Shown: one piece after another, positions 38,901 through 44,727 of the stretch | Layout of the letters: every line of letters starts with the position of its first letter | Position numbering within the stretch: position 1 is the stretch's first letter | Virus record (IMG/VR): IMGVR_UViG_3300009124_000019 | Span: 1-52,509 of that record | Origin: a virus | Taxonomy: Duplodnaviria; Caudoviricetes | DNA: 52,509 nucleotides | Strand: one strand, 5' to 3' | Program-made: the position numbers and the translations under genes | The notes under the pieces: model-generated | Seen by the model: only the letters and a program-made list of their open reading frames with translations | Databases searched by the model: none | What the model was told of the DNA's origin: nothing

Positions 38901-41156
38901 CAATTCTGCACGCAGAATTGTGTCAACAACCCAATTAGCTGCCGATGGTGAGATGATTTCTTCACGGGGATAGTAAACATCCACCTGCTCACCAAACATG
39001 ATCTTAAACAGATACTGTGTGGCAAGTTTTGTACCTTTAGAGGTATAGAAATCGGTAATATTTTTAATTACCTGGACAGGGTTGATTGCAGTGTAATCTA
39101 AATTGATTCCAGGTAGATACTGTCTTCTAAACTTATCAAATACTTCTTTAACGAAAAGTGCGTCAATGTTAACTACCTTTGCACCACTAAAGTGATTGGA
39201 TTGTTGTAATTGTCCCTCTCCTGCATAAATTTCGTTATGCAGAGTGTCATATCCAACAGCACCAGACACACCTCTACTTACACCAAGGAATGCTGAAGGT
39301 GCATAACCTTCGCCACCTTCAATAATTTTATAACCAGTAACTTCGTTAAATCCTACAGTTACTGAAGATCTTGCTGCTTTTGGTGTAGCAATGAAAATTT
39401 TGGGAGGAAACTCACTAGAATATCCCTCACCAAAGTCGGTGATATTGATATCAGTGATTTCGCCGTTAAAGATAGTTGCAACTGCAGTTGCACCTGTGCC
39501 GCCAATAGCAACACCATATGGATCCTTTCTATCGTCAACGATATACACAGAAGGTGCATCAGTATAACCCTGACCACCTGTCAACATCTCAATGTTAGTG
39601 ACAGCACCAGATGCAACAGTTACATCAAGTACTTGAGCACCAATGGGGTCGATAATTCTTGCTCTAGGTGGGGTTGTATATCCTCTACCACGATTAGTGA
39701 CTTGGATTTCATATACCTGACCATTCTGATCAATACGAGCAACTGCTTGAGCATTGATACCATCATCACCAGCAGGATCGATATAAACTGTGGGTGGATT
39801 GGTATATCTGTTTCCAGGAGATGTTACAGCAATACTATCAACATTCAGACGACCTTCACTATCAATAGTGGGATCGCTGATAGTAGCACCACCAGGATTC
39901 AGGAATGTAATAGCAGGAATGAAGTCATATCCACTACCAGAGTCTTCAATAGTAATACTATCAATCTGTCCCGTCTCATCACTAACAGTTAGAGACAGAC
40001 TTGCTTGGGTGCCATTAGAATCGGAAGGACCAGCAACTTGAGGAATTGGTGGGTTGTAGGAGGTGTAACCTTGACCACCATCAATAAGTTGAATATTCTT
40101 AATACCACTTACCAGTGTCCTAGCAGTTGCACCGCTACCACGAGTACTACCAATAGTAACTCTAGGGGAGAAATCAAGACGATATCCATTACCACCAGTT
40201 TTGGGGATGATGCGATCAACACGTCCTTGATCATCTACAGATACAACACCACCAGCACCAGATCCAAATTGAGGAGCAATGTACTCAACAGATCTAACGT
40301 TGATTTGATCAGCAGCACCCAGAGGGAAGTTAAAAACAATTTGATCTTGGAATACAGTATACTCCTCATATGGTCGGAGGATCCTGCCATTCTTATTAAC
40401 GATCAGACCAATCTCTGATGTTGGGTTGTATGAAATAGTGCCTTGCTTCAGAGGATAATGTTTCTTACCCTGAAACTGCTCAAAAGGCACAGCATCCATA
40501 GTAAGGATGCCTTGATCTGCATAACCGATTAGATATTCAATCTCAGTGAAAGCAGAGTCATCTGCCCCTGTACGTTCTCTGGGTGGAGTATCAAAGCGAA
40601 TCTGATCCCCCTCTAGGAAATAATCTACATTGGGGACTAGGGTTTCATTGTATACTGTTACAATGAGGTGAAATACTGAAGGAGGTGCTACAGGAGTGCC
40701 TAGGAAACTCAGTGGGAAAGTAAGTCTTGTCCCATCAAATAATTGGAATGGATTCTCTAGTTGCTGTTTCTTTTTGTCAAACTGACTTGTAGAAATACCA
40801 GGAGTGATAATAGCATCAGGACCACGAGTAACCATCTCGTAGTACATGATTTCATTATCAATCATGATGGTGCCATCAGTAGGCTGGAAACCATCAATGT
40901 CTTCTACACGAATTGTATTGTCATAGATGCCGACATTTTCAAGCAGGTTAGTTTCACTTGAAAGCTCGATCGATTCATAATTATCTAAGTCAAGATAATT
41001 GAGAAGATTGTTTAGAATGTCAAAAGGACGACCAGTTTTTTCTTGAGATTTGTAGTACTCAAAAAGAAAGTCAACGAATTGACGATCTTCCATCCTAATA
41101 AACTCAGGAAGCTGATTCTCAACTCTATCTGATACGGCAATATTCTTTTTGTACAT
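20967..41156 (-). CDS. gp7: Giant multidomain baseplate protein (gp7-like wedge initiator), 6729 aa
   Basis: Follows gp6. VENQLPEFI...FVDFLFEYYKSQE, IKNITDFYTSKGT...YLFKIMFGE and LQDSYFYQNYSYVVKS...HPAGFNMFG are gp7-type motifs. Also carries Gly-rich repeats, a partial YHYH domain, a beta-propeller, LamG-like domains, CBM-like repeats, phycobiliprotein-like repeats and a C-terminal Ig domain. Confidence 0.85.
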   Translation of the reverse strand: MYKKNIAVSDRVENQLPEFIRMEDRQFVDFLFEYYKSQEKTGRPFDILNNLLNYLDLDNYESIELSSETNLLENVGIYDNTIRVEDIDGFQPTDGTIMIDNEIMYYEMVTRGPDAIITPGISTSQFDKKKQQLENPFQLFDGTRLTFPLSFLGTPVAPPSVFHLIVTVYNETLVPNVDYFLEGDQIRFDTPPRERTGADDSAFTEIEYLIGYADQGILTMDAVPFEQFQGKKHYPLKQGTISYNPTSEIGLIVNKNGRILRPYEEYTVFQDQIVFNFPLGAADQINVRSVEYIAPQFGSGAGGVVSVDDQGRVDRIIPKTGGNGYRLDFSPRVTIGSTRGSGATARTLVSGIKNIQLIDGGQGYTSYNPPIPQVAGPSDSNGTQASLSLTVSDETGQIDSITIEDSGSGYDFIPAITFLNPGGATISDPTIDSEGRLNVDSIAVTSPGNRYTNPPTVYIDPAGDDGINAQAVARIDQNGQVYEIQVTNRGRGYTTPPRARIIDPIGAQVLDVTVASGAVTNIEMLTGGQGYTDAPSVYIVDDRKDPYGVAIGGTGATAVATIFNGEITDINITDFGEGYSSEFPPKIFIATPKAARSSVTVGFNEVTGYKIIEGGEGYAPSAFLGVSRGVSGAVGYDTLHNEIYAGEGQLQQSNHFSGAKVVNIDALFVKEVFDKFRRQYLPGINLDYTAINPVQVIKNITDFYTSKGTKLATQYLFKIMFGEQVDVYYPREEIISPSAANWVVDTILRAELISGDPLDLKDSQLTQYADEVDLSVKPASALIENVITIIEGSDTIYELAISEETLAGNFIIPYKTTLVEPLTTTGQIITVDSTIGWPERNGTIIINDEEQVQYKEKSLNQFIECTRSKNGFVEDWDPGTRIFSDIFVYANRGLPNECKLRVLGIAEAGTTVLDDTGSYYLQGDKLKVAKLGSTAEDERLTSWLYNVKKLIQVNSVTPGGVNNQTATVVCDNPHGLLVSDQVTIYGANPVVYNGTFTVTSRIDELQFSYQINTPTEIIPAGNILLSVDLNRGKSDITSINKVVSEFTTNIQNSFFNDDHVYVAASGLPNYKIGPFTGSALIPGNQRKLLRFPRLVQTISERQDISANSSIGSWVNGVSIWAYKSREFVRFGPLTGITVTNKGQDYDAGSKPTLEITGGGGTGAVGEVVVNGSLSGFEVTAEGSGYTESPLVSIVGGGGIGATAQAVVTGGRVTRILVEQPGTGYTSQPSVSITGGGGTGAEATASVRGPIQSVSLVSNGTGYTSLPAVRVNSGEGALAQPIVINGRIVSIAIINSGRGYTTAPEVIINGDGFGAIAKATIGTIGEDKGRVLSITITNRGIGYTQGQTTVRLQSVGEFATFSPEVFEWNKNLQYDLQNKFDFARGYVFTGLNNQFGGEYAHVSDPKELRYVVGDNVFLNPVTQQFQEVASNFEHSPILGWAFDGNPIYGPYGYIDPTDQNSGIRRLRTSYKLKDNVVFDAATNPNPARIDGPTIDDYAPGTFIDDYTYDFQSGDLDNYNGRFCKTPDFPDGTYAYFITIDASEAGVAEFPYIIGPQFNSLPDNWNFAQGATQENIPSNVVRFRDPYVNVDIDIDRQPNQESDVLTTEIEGYPIIFEIQDSNNDGLIDANEQQEILEMSEEATLQIYDYFPQVSKESRVDIEVETTTQFEDAQIDGFVIENPGKSYQVNDIVFFDDADTGGFGASAQIESVKGQNIQSYSKEIIGDRPYGVIVTDAVHDLRQQDEIIVNSTPVVDNTNKNYKVKVVSGVERVNVTQVGIGYNEDIPPTFELITTSGQDGLLEIVLENTGQVNKVNIINSGNAYDPENPPQIRVSHPQQFKKTRYWLSEYVEATGTVTVYDIKSTSDRYTYICGSIEEVDEDRMGFLAKFDDLGQLIWERTLIPTNPNQKRAEFLRMAIDESLENDRIYVTGQTFDPDNAVYNPDVWLGLYESGFNNANSPDGILLWQKSIAGISGSTRRDYVTSIALDQDKRIYLCGYTDTNSPDPQDMWIIQCGIDGDLVEKRKVASEDGSEKMQQIMWISDDRFFFVGVNEENDDCIFGEFIYDGANIEMDWIRQMPTIGGRVENPRFTMDEYGAIILVWDIFNSALAKNDKVQINKFLRASANTEWEWAKTISVSGDFLSINHANISVDVFGNYNLVTDIIESENQRYSVISYLKYDGTLLKQTKVDDPGNIGFQAANHTVDNSGDCHILANRQQCDQIISLRFDNSANLQEDTTKQELGTYQYFDINETLYDPAVYKFGSGSLKIQDVAPISITDLGLTPTSWSIRAWMSMNTTVYGTNHQPTFFDVTDSTNTNSIRMDIDGDATSPDYEKVKIYLNGSQVASSTTTTNWTAFASATWVHVTFQKRQESLGLYRYEVFINGNVQAQFQSTTDVALDDITIGGPQSTPTTANSFRGNIDDIVVDDIAPYENSYSIPSAYIPVTTSNSDSFIVKFDRVHTQRAAYTFTGLTKNNNLTFTEITTDIIWNTVIIPAMQAWEEGPGGLQILDMSQTQAQLIPGTVATTSAYFQYASKTSTIPSPRGQRVLLEADVVPKFYLRDALYNKVDNVQEIVFTQPVKLTKYTILQQFNAVGTTTAFGTIVECPAGTLLEPGLGTTYKVGKIFGTFNSTDRFRTTAGDVNQILGEYFQSEEEENPWEASVAYNAGDRVYNNKRIYEAQGAGTSGAIPPTHNAGVVSDGVINWSFIDDAGKFTIDLTEHPYPRPQYIGLDMPEHTPGILYAAGQRVWWKLNVYEVAVGGGGVAGTTHPTHTTGDASDGHVTWTFIETRESISLYSRLMPFNLGDNYQIQILETHPGSSFIPNDVISVTGDYISLAEDEKSVGISGLASVKKIRVTARLEKDIIRSSQSRTDLVYCTSNSQHFYNENDIIFTEGFQGDQYNGSFFVDKVIGSREFTFKIRSTAVSDPAFSQNAINNVNIYAKHPTLLFTRNHQYNFDVSDVSNFGYYLSFSQDNQYKLEYSFNNIVREGTPGIDATGNAAPFVKFLVLGDVTNISYYFDPSRIGSNSPVGDSSFIDVISTPYAGRFNISEIVSDTEFKFPLNREPERANAEIGSDDQGNAYSFYSTTSTRAVGPINSIQLVSPGGFYKKLPIISDIASFRQIEKILIVDGGTEYAPGIYYDVPIDGDGEGGKAILTVLLDEETGSGALGDVSVSDPGKGYTFASIDVDAIPGILGPTLAGSGGAVQVVIPSEGSGASVFLTGRNIGKIKRLKNNEFGFGYSHDYTLKPEITFPVNLQLFNTSILTEIKITNPGSGYTSTPAVVIEGGGGSGADAVAVVKNNRLSEILIKNPGAGYSSEPTVTLKSEFNYVVNLDLNYLQFNFPHGITTGAEVTFRADNVGTTLGELPKPSSAGLTSLVGGQVYYAIAGNQNSLESDQLRFALTLQAAQAGDYITFLTQGSGRQVLLTEVFGGAAEAVVATSRFLAGEEVFQGPSVEQATATGIVSTNTGWQIGPKILKIVDYEGDWKQGEQVSGSISKASGIIDNLSIARGVLNIGSLTKTPGKFTDDVGKPSEIVQKLQDSYFYQNYSYVVKSEIPITEWKTQLLENNHPAGFNMFGQLQLSGGKDISGRKVGTEFTKEVNINNYSNVNQITSFGAAQPIYTDYNNTEVLFRKKRLTSSEEILTSIVKKLDDISPRFNGIDKQFPLTVENEQTIVQQNQLMITINGVIQAPGVSYQIVGGNIVFSEPPKPASRVNYREIRVTPTPIYRITLYSGQAGPANFGIFPTLGQQVQGADSDVVATVIDSGTTHIDVINLVGGTFNLNEEITRGTLFSGLIFSVEQLNTPTIFEFGESITNLNGDTALIEETNIDDQGVISDTVVLSKTSGTARFETGIFNLKLNEFIYSASSKIAGQITFIAPYQDPATGDLVDELIINPGSTFYGLLFEREVSITNPNVILDDISKSSITPTVLNDSSNRINADFLDFERVRSTEVEYTQLANGNFSKGDQILNKRVNYGNAVSTYHGTAGNRFYDASNRIKDNKQLLIDWGDAEIVVQHPDFYYPGDIQTNEWSRFADAHRFIQLNREYIAAKAYDDMKTQYPLFTDPNPAKCKRDMEIFMESMGADIYRGGNVYIRKFTQQYFDANGQLVYVDGETLETRFAYEKVKDYMLSAITNNLSGTYVAQYGPDAGTTYTAYQDLTITADQSPNDDYGTPGSNVDNTDPDGCSDVQAAITTLWEIVDEALTISNLTELPDEQLGTYSPGQIKCRRDAGFFIDAIANDVAQGGNFNIVEFTKSYFDNSGAPLTNGLVGETAESITVFEKIRDLAYRAINNLLYGKDLDIIYDPASYGGTAPGHTYDANYSSGSNQLITNCADVQSYIATLTDIPTVAIAAGNLANVNALASVSDGTFVDGETIRTTKLGYKDKSSGLFITGDQITGVTSGAIFDAIGANAGLKWIFAEVITGSFQIGEYLTNSRLANQNNVTQTVVTKKAELSGSKAVKFPSNGYLVAPESYDFAFGTEEFTIQGWVYLDAVGTTQHLFDMRRVVDAGLRVVVSSAGAVQLYNGTTQLISGGTLSDTTWYHIAVVRSQGVTQVYLDGAQIGSNYVDTNDYPYAGLYVGADFNAANQFAGVMDNVVVKKGEADFNTAFTPPTQIDYTDDQIVFGLDGEAPFILSTTEVYATFTGQKSSAAAIKEVNYTDKFAIIKDVDLGRAEARACADIIDLNDAWIAEEAVGRMKLQFPDFTMPGDDPATNSYGGTNYCIRDTKDYIISALVKDLREGGNYHTLYTARTYLEASGKLKHVGNEILQTLYTWDEAFTIVKDVITTTSTDLSGIYTQRLRIPNNFSSPASQTILDEIQSLGDELLQVLAPTPNGNKDAGVLIWKNRAYIAEETAEYIKTKYTINLGGTDTEMLVFPGTGQAGCESDIKDHIIPAIIGDLCTGGTYNTEAIIDQYLDSQNNILHVEHELNPMLDAFEFTKFLCQKAANNMLLSPGEVSADLGAPAWTQNGDYYAPLYTTRSAYRDDTITVDTEGWPQDQVSNWNYFYNAYEAIRNNKQLIAREAVEIMNDMSKYATFEIPGGSQNCVDDVIGIIDAIMHDMIYNCNERIWDAAELYIEPENNSLRHIESEWEASVTVYKIVRDLLTLTMRNGFGRDYIEGNDPGISPVQSYEQNPRIALYKDTADAIDGNIRYIAEQAVYDGIVQYPGLTIPGGNINCVHDVTDILRSLVFNLKYGGNNWMQYAAEFYVNYSGNLQHVTSQATETNWILNRARDLAKRALKDQIITDNAGYGVAQRFFDATKKPTNQLRPSDQTNGIDLANFNNIITRSFTNNTVDINNANPSSNGMTTGEDFVGRCTTILPNGTPADGLLWEGGDSGYGSWFGIRDSGTYWRFRAGDGGTSYAGGTTSYTDTGLALVDVPISTLSAYFDGNEHEIVWEIRVGGNAATGPGRVRWWIDGEFIAEGVTPGATNTGLGEGTGLWSGGDDGTFAGAAVNVCSGETTAAWGYTTSTMDYYRGRLVDPAYTNNETVDVEQEIDDLMQVITDAISTPSNVNNQIADLPIIWPVKYTPDTVWRDLNTQYDYSNGGLDGEGTWNFTCPNVASSIDTLMDIVISTIEEAANNNSNALSSIVRTTRQDVYTNTEYQAGTCAVVFSTLDTLFDLMTTTLGGGTYGDKQIANMLLFNDNAIATRAYDSTVSYYGATNMTVDFCLDITKAIRYDMVTGGNAGAFKLIQTWFDGEGNFIAFQDVLRSHLIYATTRIREYTKSALYMLTTDPAWANYTTYTLPYRLDYNREASEFIIDSSLNNVEYSLETSQFPTEGSVTFIASSDVQNLSTQYEMGVDYNTDPALVVLTPLIDTGFDRAEYRVRINRTNSFRRGDILQYIPASQTSLAGFAKQTYWYVITATAQWFEIGAHYIHDGRFREVTIDTANTGAQIFAITRRSGISRNTISYPSDPSQTPIQGGFNPADVIFGSTSESYSEVGRIDRNDAEIHRLFTRYEVNNVSSVLGVYGNFQNGEEIFVSGSNTNKGILLQSTETDNDGITFLNLIDEQGTISVGDTLEGAITGATAVVTASSDRMLINIGAGDFAQGDWLFDKDSSVEAFAYDYQNKSGSLTGNSGGRITIDVETITNAWNTGDVIYGSVTDYILDIKGISGTQLQLNQYIHGTNVYQLELGTTIIDTGISDTFRVGDEIVLLQGTTLKDPGFRATVTQYINGLNADPADPNFGIHRLFIANLIPVGTGEGITAVSNPNNNIGKLDIGSNFPTIYANVVSYLDVGYTSYGRVAAIEQQGITATVWVENAVGDFVDNMSVISDYGWGGAVSSARTLEGRVDRYFRGFDGEQTQFDLTISNGEAYFPDPAGHMLIFVNGILQPPGGNNSYVAFSDKINFSEPPEIGSEFVGYYVGKLRQMDDISFEFDSLRSSFNLKRDGLFYSLTLTEGVSSNVIRPENNIIVSLNGIIQEPGVAYEIVGSRVIFAEVPRAGSTFVGFSYIGSDTDVIAATVVPPVESGDRLEIDGEEFARDVALIESSNSLITFEYTGSVKGRNAAAISEVTKGQLTSAILTNPGDGYTSRPNVDVISSTGFDARIKALMGITRIDVKTPGTDYKTPVVDVESVVPDDYVAPEGTPINGGLDIFAPENQGGGGGSGIVAGTIAITQDPVNVTVNQGQNAAFTVVGNVNNGQTLNYQWQKKEYGTQTWSNIIGANQATYSTNNAAQSDDGDEYRVAITAAGATPVYSLSAILSVQTGATVLVGFNPTMIFDDN
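24040..29200 (-). repeat. Array of 6-7 helical phycobiliprotein-like repeats within the giant ORF
   Basis: Pattern DA...I..N...IA..A.......P......C.(R/x)D....I.A...D...GGN. Cys codons at 28944, 28476, 26988, 26502, 26016 and 25620; degenerate copy near 24141. Confidence 0.7.
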
Positions 41157-41167
41157 CTACTCAGAAA

Positions 41168-43474
41168 TCAGAAACAGGACGTGGAAACAGGATAATCGAA
41201 GGGATCATCGGGGTAGTCAATGATATTTATCCCCGTTGTATTACCATAATTATACCCACCGAAGTTGTTGGGATCGAAGTTGGGGATTGAGATTTGGTCT
41301 CGGTTAATATCGATTGTATTGACCGAAGGATTAAAGATTGTAGGATCAACACCAGGAGGAATAATAAGAGATCCAGGATAGGGGAGCACCTGGATGGGGA
41401 CTCTTGTAGAGTCGTCTGGAGTGCCTACAATATTGATAGGACCAACACAAACTTCACCAGTGCTGTAATCAACACTACCAACATTTTCATTCAAGATAAC
41501 TTCGCTTTCATCTCTCTCAGTAACTAGCATCAGATTGCCTTGCCCGTCGTCTCTGATTTTTACGGGGACGTTAGCAGTTACTGCTGCGAGTGCAGTTGCG
41601 TTTGCTGCCAGCAAAGGACTTTGGACACCTGAAGTTGCATTAGTTGCACCAGTATTGCCACCTGTCGCCAATGCAAGATCTACCAGATTGTCAGTGTATC
41701 CATCAGCGTAGAATGTGCCAGATTTGACCACTGAGAAGGAAGGCTTACAACTGCCACCTCCGCCGCCAGGACCACCACCAGTGCCGTCATCATCACCAGT
41801 GCCACCACTAGGCTCGCAATACCCATTAACACACTCATAACCTTCAGGACAACTGCTGCTGTCTCCACAAGGGGTCTTACAAACACCATTGACACAAACT
41901 TGTCCAGGAGGGCAATTTCTATCTTCTGTGCAACGACCATCATTACCGCCACCGACAGGAGTAGTGCCTGAGTACTTACCAGGATCATGTAAAGGGTTGC
42001 CAAAGTCAATACACTGAGTAAAGACTTGTCCAAATGCAAATTCGTCTACATTTTGACCAATAGTGACCTGAGTAACACTACCTGCAATAGATGCATCGGT
42101 ATTGTCTACCATAGATCCATATTTGGATGTATCAAAACGACCACCAAAGCGATTATTTTGATTTGCCTTATTATATTGATCGACAGACTTAAGAATATCC
42201 GATCCTAACTGAGCACCAGACTTAGGAGTCGAATTTCCATCATAATATGCATAGGTTTTAGGAATAATATTGTAAATGGTGGGATCAATGACTTCAGGTT
42301 GCACTGATGCCACAACATAAGGTGCCAGATCCTGTTGAATTGCTTTTTTAGTAGTTGCATTCAACTTATTGCCCGTCTTAGGACGTACTGCAATAAAAAC
42401 CTTTCCATATACAGGAGGAGACAACTTCTCTCCACCATATGCAGTAACTGATGCTGCCTGAGGGAAGATTTCTGACACAATGTGCTCATAGTCAGCTTCA
42501 GTGACAGCACGGTTTTGTGTAGCGAATGCTCTAGGTGCCCGATACTTAATAGAGAGAGCATCTTCTCTACTTTCGCCCTGTTGGGCAGATTCCATCGTGG
42601 TAACTTTAATTCTATTAGGTGGAATGTTGCGTCCGTCACTATCAATGACTCTTCCAACAAATGCAAAGTCGCTAGCACCGTTAGCTTCCTCACCAACAGT
42701 GGAAACGTAAGAAATACGAATAAATTCACCGTCGATCAACTTACGTCCGATGACACCATCACCAAAAATGACTCTATATCTCAAATCATCAGTTTCTTCC
42801 AGATAATAGATACGAGATGTACCATCCAAGGCGGTTACATTCTTGGCAATGGTATATGTATCAATTTCTTCAGACTGTTGGTTTGGTGAAATGTCAACAT
42901 AGATCAAATCAGTGTCTACATTCTCATCTGGAATGATGAAGTCCTGCTTTTTCGTATAGTCAACGGTATATTCATAGGTAAGCAGGTTGCCCTGATACAT
43001 CACAAGGTTATCAAAGGTTGCAATGCCAGTAGAGGAGTCTACAGGGACCTGCACATCTCTAGTCACTGCAAAGGTAAATGAATCAGCAAATGTCGATGCT
43101 ACAAATACATCCCCTTTTTTTAGAGTTGCATATTCAGGATAGTTGACACCATTCAATGAAATAGGTACAGTCACATCAAGTGTCACACATGCCTTCGCTG
43201 ACTTAACTGAGCGAGGTGTGTAATTTAATTGCTTTGCAATACGGACAATATTGTCTCTGACTGTTGCAGTCTCTAGAAATGCTTCATTCAACGCCATGTT
43301 AGCGTTAAATGCCGTATAGTACGTATTGTATGCTAGAATGTCTAGCAAATAAGATGCAGCAGATCCTTCAAAATCGTAATCTGAAAATTCTTTACGAGTC
43401 CTGAGATAGGATCTAATAGATTCCTTGATTTCAAAGAAATCTAGAGATGTTAATTGTGAAGGAATTGCTGGCAT
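41168..43474 (-). CDS. gp6: Baseplate wedge subunit gp6 with a Cys-rich insertion, 768 aa
   Basis: LDFFEIKESIRSYLR...FSDYDFEGS...LLDILAYNTYY; IFGDGVIG; QNRAVTEADY; GSVDYSTGEV. Confidence 0.93.
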   Translation of the reverse strand: MPAIPSQLTSLDFFEIKESIRSYLRTRKEFSDYDFEGSAASYLLDILAYNTYYTAFNANMALNEAFLETATVRDNIVRIAKQLNYTPRSVKSAKACVTLDVTVPISLNGVNYPEYATLKKGDVFVASTFADSFTFAVTRDVQVPVDSSTGIATFDNLVMYQGNLLTYEYTVDYTKKQDFIIPDENVDTDLIYVDISPNQQSEEIDTYTIAKNVTALDGTSRIYYLEETDDLRYRVIFGDGVIGRKLIDGEFIRISYVSTVGEEANGASDFAFVGRVIDSDGRNIPPNRIKVTTMESAQQGESREDALSIKYRAPRAFATQNRAVTEADYEHIVSEIFPQAASVTAYGGEKLSPPVYGKVFIAVRPKTGNKLNATTKKAIQQDLAPYVVASVQPEVIDPTIYNIIPKTYAYYDGNSTPKSGAQLGSDILKSVDQYNKANQNNRFGGRFDTSKYGSMVDNTDASIAGSVTQVTIGQNVDEFAFGQVFTQCIDFGNPLHDPGKYSGTTPVGGGNDGRCTEDRNCPPGQVCVNGVCKTPCGDSSSCPEGYECVNGYCEPSGGTGDDDGTGGGPGGGGGSCKPSFSVVKSGTFYADGYTDNLVDLALATGGNTGATNATSGVQSPLLAANATALAAVTANVPVKIRDDGQGNLMLVTERDESEVILNENVGSVDYSTGEVCVGPINIVGTPDDSTRVPIQVLPYPGSLIIPPGVDPTIFNPSVNTIDINRDQISIPNFDPNNFGGYNYGNTTGINIIDYPDDPFDYPVSTSCF

Positions 43475-43475
43475 T

Positions 43476-43886
43476 TTAAGTCTTCTCTAGAAGGAACTCA
43501 ACTTCTTGCGTAATTGCTTGACCGACGATTTTATATTCCAAAGAGATTTGAATTTCATTCAAATCCGAATTATCAATCAAATCAATATTCTCAATTTCAA
43601 TACGAGTTTCTAGTCTTTCTAGAGTATTCTCAATTTCATTCTTAATTGCATCTTGGGTGAAAGGATCCCAATTTTCAAACAAAAGTTTTCTCACGCCAGA
43701 CCCCACGTCAGGTTGGAAAGGTCTTTCCTCAAACATTGTAAGTACTAAATTCCTTACAGACTGTTTGATTGCATTTTCATTCTTAACAGCACCAAAATCT
43801 TTAGTAAAGGGGTTTGACGCGAAAGAGATCGCAAGGTCCCTAAACTCTCTACTAACGTATTTTTCAGATCTAAATCTGTATGCCAT
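43476..43886 (-). CDS. gp25: Baseplate wedge subunit gp25
   Basis: KNENAIKQSVRNLVLTMFEERPFQPDVGSGVRKLLFE...ERLETRIEI; immediately upstream of gp6. Confidence 0.93.
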   Translation of the reverse strand: MAYRFRSEKYVSREFRDLAISFASNPFTKDFGAVKNENAIKQSVRNLVLTMFEERPFQPDVGSGVRKLLFENWDPFTQDAIKNEIENTLERLETRIEIENIDLIDNSDLNEIQISLEYKIVGQAITQEVEFLLEKT

Positions 43887-43898
43887 TGAAGTAACCTT

Positions 43899-44039
43899 TT
43901 ATTTTTGATCCTTAGGTGGATCATTCTGACGCTCACGCGCCGCCATGTTAAGGTATTTATCACTTTTAGGGTCGGTTATTAGCCGCATACCCGATTTGAT
44001 GAAATCCTTACTTTGGTCAGGTATTGGACTGTTAGCCAC
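43899..44039 (-). CDS. Small hypothetical protein (46 aa, below the ORF-track cutoff)
   Basis: GGAGG RBS, GTG start; MANSPIPDQSKDFIKSGMRLITDPKSDKYLNMAARERQNDPPKDQK; fills the gap between the PRTase-like gene and gp25. Confidence 0.7.
   Translation of the reverse strand: MANSPIPDQSKDFIKSGMRLITDPKSDKYLNMAARERQNDPPKDQK
43954..43960 (-). promoter_or_regulatory. Late promoter (ATAAATA) upstream of gp25
   Basis: Motif lies inside the 46-aa ORF, about 68 nt before the gp25 ATG. Confidence 0.55.
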
Positions 44040-44063
44040 GATGATTCCTCCACATGGTAATTT

Positions 44064-44070
44064 TATTTAT
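44064..44070 (-). promoter_or_regulatory. Late promoter (ATAAATA)
   Basis: Overlaps the PRTase-like stop codon, 25 nt before the 46-aa ORF. Confidence 0.6.
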
Positions 44071-44579
44071 GGGCATTCCCAATGCTTGTTAGGACGCTCC
44101 CACCAGAAGTGTAAATCTTCCTTGGAATTGTCATAATAATGTGAAACAAAATCTGATTTGAATTTGCTTCCAACGTTTTCGTAGAGTGCTACTGAGTAAT
44201 AATTCTTATCAGTATACTTTTCCATGGATTTTGTGAGCCATGTATAGTTACCACCGCGAATTACACCTGCTTCAATTAGCACAAAATTCTCCCAGTCCAA
44301 AACCCAGTCAGCGTAATCAATCTCAAAGTTGATTCTGTAGGGTTTTTCGGATTCATCTGGGAAAGGTACATTTACTGCTTCAATATGAAAAATCTCACCA
44401 TCCATACTCAAAGCATGACTCAAATGCTGAGTCACAATACTGGAGTAGTCTGGTGAGACACAAAGAAAACAGGTTTTGTCAGGATGGATATCCAGATCCG
44501 CCATTTGCATCTGGTAGATCATCTTTTGTATTGCTGCCATCTCCTGATCCTGAGAGATGAATAGAATTTCCTTCTTCAT
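44067..44579 (-). CDS. Phosphoribosyltransferase-fold protein (170 aa from ATG 44579)
   Basis: FVLIEAGVIRGGNY resembles a degenerate type I PRTase PRPP loop; C-term KFKSDFVSHYY...LHFWWE matches the PRTase C-terminal pattern. Confidence 0.6.
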   Translation of the reverse strand: MKKEILFISQDQEMAAIQKMIYQMQMADLDIHPDKTCFLCVSPDYSSIVTQHLSHALSMDGEIFHIEAVNVPFPDESEKPYRINFEIDYADWVLDWENFVLIEAGVIRGGNYTWLTKSMEKYTDKNYYSVALYENVGSKFKSDFVSHYYDNSKEDLHFWWERPNKHWECP

Positions 44580-44727
44580 AACGATATGTTGGCGGATGGA
44601 AGTTGCAATACTCATTAAAGGTGATCTTCATCTCTTTGTGAGAGAGGTTGCAGTGGTCTGCTGCCTTAGGAAGATTCCATGTTGCAGACCAAAGCATTTC
44701 CATCGCTTTACGGGTTTCGGGTCTCAT
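44479..44727 (-). CDS. Small hypothetical protein (82 aa), 3' end overlapping the PRTase-like gene
   Basis: ATGA-coupled to the upstream ORF; WNLPKAADHCNLSHKEMKITFNEY looks like a helix-turn-helix. Confidence 0.7.
   Translation of the reverse strand: MRPETRKAMEMLWSATWNLPKAADHCNLSHKEMKITFNEYCNFHPPTYRYEEGNSIHLSGSGDGSNTKDDLPDANGGSGYPS

Noticed and set aside
7015-41156. Inteins or introns in the very large ORFs
   Set aside because: No Hint splice-junction or homing-endonuclease motifs noticed; frames are uninterrupted.
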